64,000 bases of DNA, from contig NC_043006.1 in the NCBI RefSeq assembly GCF_006345805.1, positions 30,318,001-30,382,000 of the forward strand, written 5' to 3'. This DNA is from Octopus sinensis. Taxonomy: Eukaryota. The position numbers were made by a program, and so were the translations under genes. Shown here piece after piece: positions 1 through 11,266 of this stretch. Below the pieces are notes generated by a model that did not search any database, was not told the DNA's origin, and was given only the letters and a program-made list of their open reading frames with translations. How positions within the stretch are numbered: position 1 is the stretch's first letter; each line of letters opens with the position of its first letter.

Positions 1-13
1 GCAACAAAATTTG

Positions 14-309
14 CTATCTTGTAAGATGTCTACTTTTGCTGCTCTTTGAGTGAATGTTTGATCCACTGTCATCCTTTACTTGAAATTCATCATGTAACCT
101 TTTGAAGAAATCTAGCAGCTTGTCTTTCTTATCTCTATGTGCAGTCTCCAGATGTTCTTTTAGTTTGCAGGAATGCATACTTTCATTTGAGAAGGAAGTC
201 TCACATAGCAGACACATAGGCATGGTAGAATTTTGTGGAGATTTAATGAATCCATAAGGAAGATATTCAACAGAATAGTGTGTATACTTTTTTTAGATGC
301 ACTTGCCAT
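14..309 (-). mobile_element. hAT (Buster/Charlie-like) transposase N-terminal fragment, frameshifted
   Basis: YSVEYLPYGFI...PMCLLCETSFSNESM..KLKEHLETAH.DKKDK...FF resembles the BED-finger start of ZBED5/SCAND3-type transposases. Confidence 0.75.
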
Positions 310-870
310 GCTTATCTGAAATAAACAAATATTTTCAAAGAAGTTGAATAAACAAGAGGTTAGTTTCAAGTGTTTTCTTCAGGGGTGGATACAGAGTAGG
401 GTAAACCGATATACCTTTTTAGCCAAGAATAAAATTAGGTCTAAAACCAAGTTTATAAAGTTAATACATTACACAGTTAACTAAATCAAAGGCTATAATA
501 ATCAAGAAAAACAGATTAATATTTATGCTTATAAAAAGATAAAAATAACAAGACAAAAATTCATCATTCCCTTTTCAGTTGACAGTGTAGAAAGAAAATT
601 GATTTGATGAAAAGAAACTAAATTATAAAAGTGATAGCTAAAGGAAGCAAGCTGGTAAACTCATGGAGAAAATAGTTCAAGATTTATTGTTGAATCAAAC
701 TCAAATTACCAAAATGAGTTAGCAAAGTATATTGAAAATGTATTTTCTTTCTTAAAAAAAATGATTTTATAATATATTTTGTTATATTCTATTAAACATA
801 GTTCAATATTAAATTTTATTCTAATTAAATTAAGTATATAATACTATTCAGTGACCAATTATTGAATTAT

Positions 871-1560
871 TGTGGGATGACGTCAGCAGCTGGGTGTGTT
901 GACCGGAAGTTGAGGCAACCGGAAGGGGCAGCCGTGAGGCGTGCTCAGGGAGTGGGGATTTTGGCCTTTCCAACGAGGGTCGTCGGGGTGTTAAGACATG
1001 TGAAGACGTTGCTAAGGTTGGGTGAAGCAGCTGCTATCTTTACCTCGCTCAGACGTTCTTCCTCGTCCATCTCAAGGTATAGCGTTAACGCGCTCCCTTC
1101 TAAATACAGCGCCATAAGACTTGCCACATCGCTTATACCTTGCAGTCTTGCCACCAGCCTGATTTTTACGCATCCAGGCCACTACATCGCCTTCGCCATT
1201 AAAGGCTCTGATGATGTCGCTGGCGATCCTGATTTTCGCAGACATCGTGGTGACGACTTACATGGAATGCCAAAATAGCTTGTAGTGTGTGCGAGATAGT
1301 CGATATATAAAGGCACCTACCTTCTCTTCGCTCTGATAGAGACCCTTCAGTGGTAATAGATCCTTCGTCACAGCCCCGACCTGAACGCTAAAGATAGCAG
1401 CTGCTTCACCCAACCGTAGCAACGTCTTCACATGTCTTAACACCTCGACGACCCTCGTTGGAAAGGCCAAAATCCCCGCTCCCTGCGCACACCTCATGGC
1501 TGCCCCTTCTGGTTGCCCCAACTTCCGGTCAACGCACCCAGCTGCTGACGTCATCCCACA
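871..1560. mobile_element. 690-bp element with 172-bp terminal inverted repeats, 5-bp TSD and an internal Gypsy gag-like fragment
   Basis: 871-1042 is the reverse complement of 1389-1560 with about 9 mismatches. Ends are TGT..ACA, and ATTAT occurs at both 866-870 and 1561-1565. Confidence 0.85.
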
Positions 1561-3051
1561 ATTATTAAATTGATTAATAATTTAATAGTTATATAAAAGT
1601 GCATATAAGAATGATTTTATCTAGTTTTCTAATGAATTGTTTGTTTTCAGGGTACCCTCAGTCTCTCACCTCCCTCATGATTCCCCATCTTAGTTTGAAT
1701 ACTTCTCAAAACCCTTATTAATTATAGTTTTTTTAAAAAATAAATCCTATACTCATATGTGAAGAAACAGTTTTCCTGACTGCTTGGGTCCAGTTTAAAT
1801 GATTGATCAATGATTTAACTTGGTGGAACGACCTTTCCATCCTCACCTCTGATGCTATGGACCTAGATGGAATATTTATGATAATTAAAGTAACTTATAG
1901 AAACTTAGGTAAAATGAAGTAAAAAGAAGTAGATACTAGCACACTAACAACACAGAAAAATATTATTAAACAAGAAAGTACAGAATCAAGAGCAGAAGTA
2001 GGATGAGATAAGCAGAGAGAGAGGGGGTGGGAAGAGAGGGGGAGAGAGAAGAAGTGATGTAATTTGACAAAGCAAAATAGAAAAAAGAATGTGAAAGAGA
2101 CTTGTACGGATGTTAACCAGAGTTAGCATGGATGTTGTTGATTGGATGGATTTTCCATGTCGTCAATAGTGTTGAAGTGGAGATTTGATTCATAACTTTG
2201 CCTTCTGTGCTGTCCATTGTATATGTATGTTTTGCAGCTTTAAAATTTTGGAGCAATTTGGTATGATGCAATGGTATGTAGCTGTTCATCTTATGAACCG
2301 GACATACAACACTGAGAATCTAATATTCTAGCACGTGTTCTTTAGGAACATATATGAGTGTAATAGAAAATTAGTACTTGAGGATGATTCATCAGAATTA
2401 TAAACACATACATGTGTTTCTTAGATGTATATGGGTAATGTGCATTTTACAAATAAAAATACATGCCTACATGTTAATATTTTATGATTCCCAAATTTTC
2501 TGTGCGTCCCCTCCTGTAGTCCCCTGTGGCTCCTTATTTTTCAAACTTAGCTATGTGTCCCACTAAGGGCCATATGGCTCTCGTTGAGAAACCCTGAGCT
2601 AGATTATGAAAATATTCCACTCAAGATGCTGAGAACCTAAATTCAGATATTCCTTGTTCTGCCGTTGAAGACTTTTACAATTTTTTTTTTCAGCATTATG
2701 GCCTTTTAGGTCTGCCCAGATCAGTGGAAAAAGGCTCCCCTCATAAAGGTTTTTAGCTGGGATGATTTTACTACTAAATCACTAGTTCAAGTTTTTCCTT
2801 GAACATGATTGAATGTTTAAGTTGAGGATCAGTATCTGAAGAGGGTCTGTGCATCCTTCAGTCAAAGGTACTATCTCTACACAAACTTTGAGCTTTATAT
2901 AGATAGATATAGATATACATGCATACATGTGTGTGTGTGTGTGTGTATTGAGTTATCAGTAAGGAATTATCAATCCAGGCTAAATACTTCTCAAGCCCTC
3001 TGTTAATACAAATACACCTGGCTAACAAAAAACTTTCAGGTTGGTATAGAA

Positions 3052-3198
3052 CAGTGGTTCCCACCCTATCCACTACAAAGGACCCCTTTTATTTAAATGA
3101 GTTTTTCCATGAACCCCAGGATATTGAAAAGTCTGTCAGCTTAACATGTTCACAGATCCCCAGTAGTACCTCTGCGGACCACAGGTTGGGAACTACTG
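3052..3198. mobile_element. hAT-type MITE
   Basis: TIRs CAGTGGTTCCCA / TGGGAACTACTG; 8-bp TSD gtatagaa / gtatagat. Confidence 0.8.
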
Positions 3199-3599
3199 GT
3201 ATAGATCTTCAGGTAATCCTAAGGCACTAGTATACATCCTACACTATACACTTCATACTGTACTGTATAGATCTCACACTCTGTACACAACTGATCTTGC
3301 ACTGTATGTATGTATGTATGTACATACATACATCTGTCTGGCTGGCTGTTTGTTTGTCTATGTAATGCAGTGAAGAGTAGAAAATGGAGCAAAATCAGAT
3401 TTGTCACTTAGTGTCAGGTGTGTGCATATAGTGCAGCAGTTTTAAATTGATTAAATAAACACAAATGCAAAGGAAATGGTGCGCAAAAGTGTGAAATTTA
3501 TTGGGGTTTTTTTCCGCATTATGGCCTTTTACAAGTGTGACAGATGTAATTGATTAAACCAGAACTACATGGGTGTTTTAAAAGCTAGAAGTAAGGGAA

Positions 3600-5300
3600 A
3601 GCAAGATACAGCGTCTGCATTTCTATAGAGAAGAATAATAATTGCATTCTCCCAGTCCTTACACATTGCACTATCCTTTCAGATTACACTTATAAGTTCA
3701 TGAAGGGACTATGTGATGCGATCACCATCAAATCACAGGATCTCAGCACAAAAACCATCCCCAGGTAGCTTACCAAAATTTAACTTAATGCTGTCATTAC
3801 TTCATTTATTGAGGGCATAGTATTCAAGGAGCCAATGGTAGGTCTTTGTTGCATAGTATCAATCACTGTTTCATCCACAACTGACTCATGGTTCAGGAGT
3901 CCCAAAAAATGTTCAATCCAACAACCTGTGATTTCTGTTGATTTAGTAAACTGACTAGAAGACTCCTTGGAAAGCAAAAGAGCTGGTGCAGAGCTCTTAG
4001 GCCCATAAACTTGCTTCATAAGATGATAAAGCTTCTTGCTGTCATTTGCATCAGCAGCAGCCTGAACATCACAAGCATGATTCTCTCCTCTCACCAAGTA
4101 TTCTGCATATTCCTGAGAGATCCCTGCAGTAGTGATTTTACAGTGATATAGTAGGCACATGCTAAATTTCGCTGCACAACTGAACGTCCTCTGTGTAACA
4201 ATAGATTGTGGGCACGGCGCTTTACAGCCAATACTCACTGAACTTCAGCATCATTTTCAACAAACCAGTCTCTGTGTCTGGCAGTAGCATATCCCAGTGT
4301 TTTAGCAGTACATTGAAAAACCTGGTCTCAAAAATCTTCTCATACTGTATTTTTAATGCTGAATAAATGATTCTGAAGCTTTTCCCTCACCACAGCATCA
4401 TATATTTTATGGCTATTCAGACGCTGAGGGATGCCAACTGGCCTTCTTTCTTTCATTCTGATCATCAGCTGGAACTTTGCTCACACCAGGCTATGGTCCG
4501 TCCAGCACTCTGAACCATGAAAGGACTTGATATTACAAATGTCATAGATGTCATGCTTGCAAATGATGACATAATCCAGCAAATGCCAAACTTTAGACTT
4601 GGGATACATCCATGTTGTTGTGTGATCACCTCTGTGCATAAAATGAGCACTTGCAATGTATAGTCCATATTCTTTGCAAATCTCCAGCAGCATGAGACCA
4701 TTGCTATTCATCTTCCCTATACCAAAAACGTCCAAGAGAGTTCCATGTCTGTCAGTCTGTTCTAACCCTGGCATTGAAATCCCCAAATAGAATGACTTTA
4801 TCAGAATTGGGGATTTTCCCAAGATGGTTTTCTCAGTTGGATACAGAAAATAGTTTTATCTTCATCACAACTGGTCAAAGTAGGTGCATAGGCACTTATT
4901 AAAGCAGCAAACTGCCCACCTCTCAGGTGCAAATGCAGAGTCATTAGATGATCATTTATAGGAAAAGGAAGCTCCTCCAACTTCTTAAGGATTTCAGATC
5001 GAACTGCAAAGCCAACACCAGCTTCTCTGCATTCCTCCTTTGGTTTTCCCTTCCAAAAAAAAAAGGTGTATCCACCTTCTACTTCCTGAAGCTGACCATC
5101 ACCTTCAACATGAGTCTTTGAAAGTGTAGCTATATCAGCGTTATAATGGTTCAGCTCGTGAGTAACAAGTGCAATGCATCTTTCAGGCCTGCAGTCACCC
5201 TTGCTATCCAACAGAGTGCGCATATTCCAACATGAACCATTCCAACCAGATTTTATAAGTATTCTCTTTGGTTTTCAAGTGCAGGATAGACATCTGTTAG
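3600..5300 (-). mobile_element. Degraded RTE-clade LINE (endonuclease to start of RT)
   Basis: ORF fragments RTLLD...RPER..ALV..EL, GYTFFWKGKP..E.REAGVGFAV, SAYAPTL and WHLLDYVI..TDH; many stops and frameshifts. Confidence 0.85.
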
Positions 5301-5749
5301 TCACACTTAAACCACCAGATAGAGAAAGACAGGCAATTTTTGGTTCACCTTTTCTAGAACATGCTTGGCTTCCAGGTGAGCAGTGCCCTCCCCAAATAGA
5401 ACTGCTCAGACACCCATTCAGCAACTTAATTCCATTGACAAGGAGACAACTGTATATCTAACATGGCCACCTATGTGCAGGTCACTGACTACATGCTTCC
5501 AATCCATCAGGACTACATGCTTCGCCACCTTTGGACATCAATGTTTCACCATTCTTGAGGCTTATCAATGTCACATACCTGAACCAATTGGAGGTAAACT
5601 GAATCGCTAGCCTATGACTATATACAAATAGTTTAAAAACCATTTGCTAAGTCATGCTAAATCACAACCTAGTGGCAAACAAGTGGGGCACATGCATTGC
5701 ATATGTGTGTTCACTAATATAAATGAGTGCGTGTGTATTTAAAAAAAAT

Positions 5750-8700
5750 TTTTTATCTAGTTTCAGCTCACAAGCTGTGGCCATGCTGGGGCACCGCCAT
5801 TTGGTTGCTACATGATTTTACTTCACGAATGCTTTTTAGCAATTGCATGAGAGAGTTTGATGCAGCTGCCCTCATCTGCACCTCCTGCCGTGAAGTTGGT
5901 TCATCTGGGACACCTGACAAGAAGAGATCCAGTTTTATTTTAAAGACATCTGCATTCACCCCATGCAGGTCTCTTAGGTTCTTCGAGAGGATATTGAAGA
6001 GCTGTGGACCTCTGAAGCCCAGGCTATCACAGTATCTTGTCCTACATATTGATGGCAAATTTGGAGTCCTTGGCACTATGCAGTGGCGCCCAGTTCTGGC
6101 ATTTGTGTAACTCTCGATGCCAAAGTTTGGGACAAGTCCTTCTAGGATCTTCCAGATGTATATTATGGCATATCTTTCTCGCCTACGCTCTAAAGAATAG
6201 AGTCTCAATCTCTTGAGTCTTTCCCAATAGCTTATATGCTGCACAGAGGCTATCTTCTTCGTGTAGCTTCGTTGGATCGCCTCAAGTTCTGTGATTAACT
6301 TGACACTGGATGGTGACCATAGCTGAGAGCAATAGTCAAAGTGGCTTAGGACAAGTGTCCTCCAGAGGACCATCATGGTTTCCTGGTCTCTTGTTCTAAA
6401 GGTTCTAAGAATCCATCCGGTCAGCCACCTACATTTCATTGCCAATTTAGCAACATGCACATGAAAGGTTGCATCATCACTCATGTAAATACCCAGGTCT
6501 CGCACTGATTGTGCCTCTGGGATTGCCATCCCGCCAGGTCCAGTGTATTTATTGGGTATTGCATTTAGTTTTGCATGCTGATAGCATAAAGCTTGAAACT
6601 TTTCAGCATTGAACTGCATGCTATTCTTTTCAGCCCACTTGTATATTTTGTCCAGCTCACATTGCAGGTGCATAGTGTCTTCAGGGTTCTGTATTGCCTG
6701 TGAAACTTTTGTATCATCTGCATAACTTGTGATCGTAGCTCTCTGCATGGCTGAGGGCATGTCTGAGAGGGCCATTATGAACAGTAGTGGTCCCAAAACA
6801 GTGCCTTGGGGAACACCGCTCACTATTTGCATGTTAATGGAAGTGGCCCCATTGGCTACTACCACCTGACTTCTATCCTTCAGAAAGTTATGAAGCCATT
6901 CTCCCAATTTTCCAAATATGCCAAGATCACGCAGTTTGTGACATATCATTCCATGATCGACTTTATCAAAGGCCTTTGCAAAGTAGAGATATATGACTTC
7001 CACATTTGAGTGGTTGAGCAGTCGTTTCAGCACCTAGTCATAGTGTTGTAGGAGCTGAGTTAAGCAGCTTCTTCCTGGTCGGAAACCATGTTGGGTGTCA
7101 GGCAGCAAGTCATTTTCTTCAAGGAAGGTGATTAGTTTCCTTCTGACTATTCGTTCCATGACCTTGCTGATGTGTGAGGTCAGAGAGATAGGTCTGTAGT
7201 TCTTGGCCTCCGCTCTGCTACCTCCTTTATGAATAGGGTATATTTTACCTTCCTTCAGTTTTCTTGGAAGTTTGCCAGTTGCAAGGAAGCTCTGAAAGAG
7301 GAACTGCAGTGGTCTTGCTAGGACTCTCTTACATACTTTTAGAAGGATTGCTGGGAATCCATCGGGGCCAGTAGCTGAGTTTGTTTTCATTTCATCAATA
7401 GCCTTTATTACATCGTCTTCCTTTATATTGATGTAATCAATCATCGCTGCCTCTGATTTTATATCTGCAGTGGTAAAGAAGTCAGTTGGATTGCTGACTT
7501 GAAAATGCCCTAGGGGTGGAGTGAAAATACTCTTGAATTGCTCATTTAGTATTTCACTTACCCTCATTGGATTTCCTGTGAGTGTGCCATCCTTTTCAAG
7601 GAGTGGCCCTATCCTACAATGCACCGTAGCTGTTTCTTTGGCATACCTGTAGAAAGCTCTGGGGTTAGATTTTATGTTGTCTATAGCCCAGGCTTCTTTG
7701 TCTGCTCTTTCTTTTTCATGGGAGAGTTGCAGACATTTTTCAATTTCCAACAGTTTTATTTTCAGGCGGGACTTTTCACTGCTTTCAATTTGTTTGTTTA
7801 GGCGATTTGAAACTTTTGTACGCCGTCTCAATAGAATTTTCCTCTCTCTTGGGATTTTGCTCTTGTGTACAGTGGCCTTTCTCTCTGGGACACATTTGTA
7901 GCATATGGCTTGCATTACAGACATGAATTGTTGAAGTTTTATGTCAATGTCTGGCGAGGAGAGACATTCAGGCCAGTTTTGTTTGAGGATCTCTTTCTCA
8001 ATTTGTTTCCAGTTTGCCTTATGGAAGTTCAAGCTGGAAAGATTCTGAGAGTTTCTTGTAGGCTGCATGTCCATGCTTTCCTTTGGCCCGTGCATGGTCA
8101 GCTCTACCATGTTGTGATCCGAGAGTAGTGTCGGTGTCACTTTCACATTATGGATGAGATCCATATTATTTGTGAAGCAGAGATCCAGTATGTTACCTAC
8201 CCTGGTTGGTTGGAGTATTACTTGCTCCATGTACAGAGTGTTGATGAAGTTCAGGAGGGACCTCACCTGTCCTCGTTCGCATCATGTCATTCCTGGGAGA
8301 GAAAGGCCCTCGGGCCATCTGACATTGGGTAGATTGAAGTCTCCCATAAGAAGTACACTTATGTGTTGTTCTAATGTGACTAGAACTTCTATTTTTATAA
8401 GGTAGTCTTCAAACTTGCCTACATGGCTTGGGGCATCTGGAGAGTGATATGTAGCACATATAACTACACCAAGTTGCCTTATATGTACAATTAGTGTGTC
8501 ACACACCGAATTTGAGTATGACAAAAGGACCTGGGGTGTGAGGTCCTCACGGATGTACATAGCAACTCCTCCATGACTCCTTTCTTTTCTGTCGGTCTGT
8601 AGTACAACATACTGTGGTATGTGTATTTCCACATCTGCTATGTCCGGTTTCAGGTGTGTTTCCGTAAGTGCTATGCATAAGGCTTGATTGCATGCAACAA

Positions 8701-9200
8701 AGTCTCTCAAGATTTTTGTCCTGTTACTGAGTGTTAGCAGTCCTCTGATGTTCAGTAGGAGCATCGAGGTGATGTGTATGCTGTTGCCGGCGGTGTCCAC
8801 CTTGGGTCTATTGCTGTGGCGGTCCTGTGTATTGTGGATAGTCCCATCTGCGAGTTTGAGTTTGATGGAGCCAGGTTAGCTGCTGTACAATCTTTTGTGT
8901 CATGCACAAAAAGATTATTGTTCAGCAGCTGCCCTTTCAATAACATGTTGGCGGTTTGTAGCACGCACCACACCTGCGTACCTCCGTTTTAGGGCAGGTG
9001 GTGCATGGTCCATTCCTTTTCCTTTTGGTAGTTGGTTTCTGACCTGTTTCATGTTTATGTGGCAGGGTCTTTGATGTGCAAAACAGCAGCCTGCACCTTC
9101 CTCTCCATGCCAGCAGACACCTTTCAGGTAGAATTTACACATTTGTGTGCGCTGTCTGTTTCTATCCTTTTTGGTACATGGATAGTCAGGTTTGTATATA
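5750..9200 (-). mobile_element. CR1/L2-group LINE: CCCH-finger ORF1 remnant plus ORF2 (APE + RT, 8764-5768) with two nonsense codons
   Basis: CKFYLKGVCWHG..GCCFAH finger; LNIRGL, LTETHL, GDFNLP, NYRPISLTS, QHGFR, GVPQGTVLGP and YADD motifs. Stops at 8282-8284 and 7034-7036 are in one continuous frame. Confidence 0.92.
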
Positions 9201-10329
9201 TATATACACACACACACCTAATTTTGCACTTTATACACACTACACAGCACTATAAACCACATGTGACACTATGCTATATATGCACAATTAGCATTGTGTT
9301 ATATACACAACTAGCATTGTGTTATATACACCTGTCACTGCAGTAACTACAATTAACAAGCTCTGTCTATTTCGAGAGCATGCTGTTGTTATTGTTGTTG
9401 TTATTTTATCCCCAGGTCAACCCCGATTAAACATACATGTGATCAAAGACATTCCAGTTATGACTAACCCATCTTTTTGTCCAGTAACAGTTTAACTAGG
9501 ACTATAGTGTCCAATAGGCACCTCTTTTGATATTGGTTTTGCTGCTATTTCTAGCAGGTTAAGCAGCCACAAGAGACCAGGTTGCAGTAGTGAGAGGGAT
9601 TTGTGTACAAATTGCTGTATTGTAAATCTTCTGAAGCAGAAGACTGGGTGGGTGGCGGCGGTGGTGGTGGTGGTGGTGGTGGTGGTGTAGAATATTCAAC
9701 AATATCAAAACGAACATCAGTAACCTTAACAGCAACATGTTGCTGTTATTAAGTATAATTTTTTTTCCTTTTTTTTTGCTTAGATGTTTTTGTATCAGTC
9801 ACGTGACACTCCCTCCCCTGCCTTCACACCCTTCCCTCCACCCCACTACCTGTAACAGTAAAACCTGAGTAACATATCTTCCTGACAGCTTTTAGCTATT
9901 TCTTCTACATTCCAACACTTCTTACCAACCGGCTTTTAACTCATTCACTAAGCTTACAAATTTTAAACAAATCTTTGAATAGTTTCTACCTTGAAAAGCA
10001 ATTTTTTTTTTTGCCTGTCATTTTTGCTTCCGTTTGCTTTTTACTGGTCTCAATTTTAAAATTCAAATTTAACTTACTTTATTTTTTAGTTTTTAAAGAA
10101 ATTATTTTAATCTTAAAAATATATTTTTCTGAAGATTTCTGCTGGATTTTTTTCTTTTAAATGATTTAGAAAATTTTGTCTATGAAAACCATTAAAAGAA
10201 AAAAATTTTTTTTGTTATTTTCTATTTATTCTAAGTTAGTGGAACAGCAGAAATGGTAGAATATTTAACTAAATGCTTTTTTTTTTTTTCAGGCATATAG
10301 CTTTGTCTTCTATATTCTAAGCTCAAATC

Positions 10330-11240
10330 TTACTCAGTTTTACTCTTTTTCCACCCCTCCATAAAGACTACTAGTCACATACCAATATTTGATTCAATCA
10401 ATATAGCCATTTCTCACTAAAATCTGTGATTTTGTATTAATATTTCCTCTGCACAAAGATTGCCAGGGAAGAAACAAACTCTTGGAGTCAAGTCTGTGAT
10501 TTGGTTTCAGTCCTCAGTCAAACCCAATTCACTCTACTTACATAACTAAGATAGGCATGAACATCACAGAATCTCATTTGTAGCTTTGTCTCAGGATAAA
10601 TAATTTTCTTATGTCTTTGAATAGAAGGTAAAAACCAACCCAGTTGACTCAACATCTTTATGTGAGCAATCGATTTGTTTAAAAATGCAACCAAGTCTTT
10701 CTCGAATTACACCCTACTCGTGTTAAAGACACATTGGGTAATATTGTCCAAGGTACATTATGCCAAAAAAAAAAATTGAGATGGCCATGGGTGGAGTCCT
10801 TTTCATCATAAGTTTGCTCAGGAATTAAACAACAACCTGCTTCCAATTACCAGATGAAACATCTTCACTTCACCTGTATCCTTGCTGGTCTTGGGAAAGA
10901 CATGAACACCATCACATCCCATTTCTTGCTGCATTGCATAAAGACTGTATACCTTACCAAAAGAAACCTCAGTACTCAACTTTCAAGTAATAAAATGTTT
11001 TTCAAAAAATAACATTTCAGAAAATGAAAAAAATTTATCAGATGAAGACTTTAGAAAATACTTTAAAGAATAAGATTTGTATTTCTTCAACATTTCTTGT
11101 TTTATTACATTTTTGCCAAATTCTGTCTTCTTTATCAGAAAAGGAATGGCTATAACAGCTGCCACGATTACAACCAAACATGCACATAATCTTTTATGTC
11201 TACTATAAATAACTTTGTTGTAATGTTTTCATATGATTTC
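10330..11240 (-). pseudogene. Decayed reading frame, possibly a type II membrane protein; family not identified
   Basis: A basic tail plus hydrophobic LCACLVVIVAAVIAIPFLI opens long coding-like runs that continue in frame across isolated stops. An 11-T run at 10765-10775 is a likely frameshift site. Confidence 0.35.
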
Positions 11241-11266
11241 TTTCTTTTTTTTTATCTTTACACAAG

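Noticed and set aside
862-1554. ORFs 862-1278 (+) and 1258-1554 (-) as a gene pair
   Set aside because: Their mutual similarity is simply the inverted repeat read from each end.
1650-1880. Short exon-like segments on both strands
   Set aside because: The peptides are short and unrecognisable, with no linked upstream exons in the window.
10983-11000. In-frame TGA as selenocysteine (deiodinase-like N-terminus)
   Set aside because: There is no FGSCTUP-type motif, further TAA/TAG stops follow, and no SECIS is recognisable.
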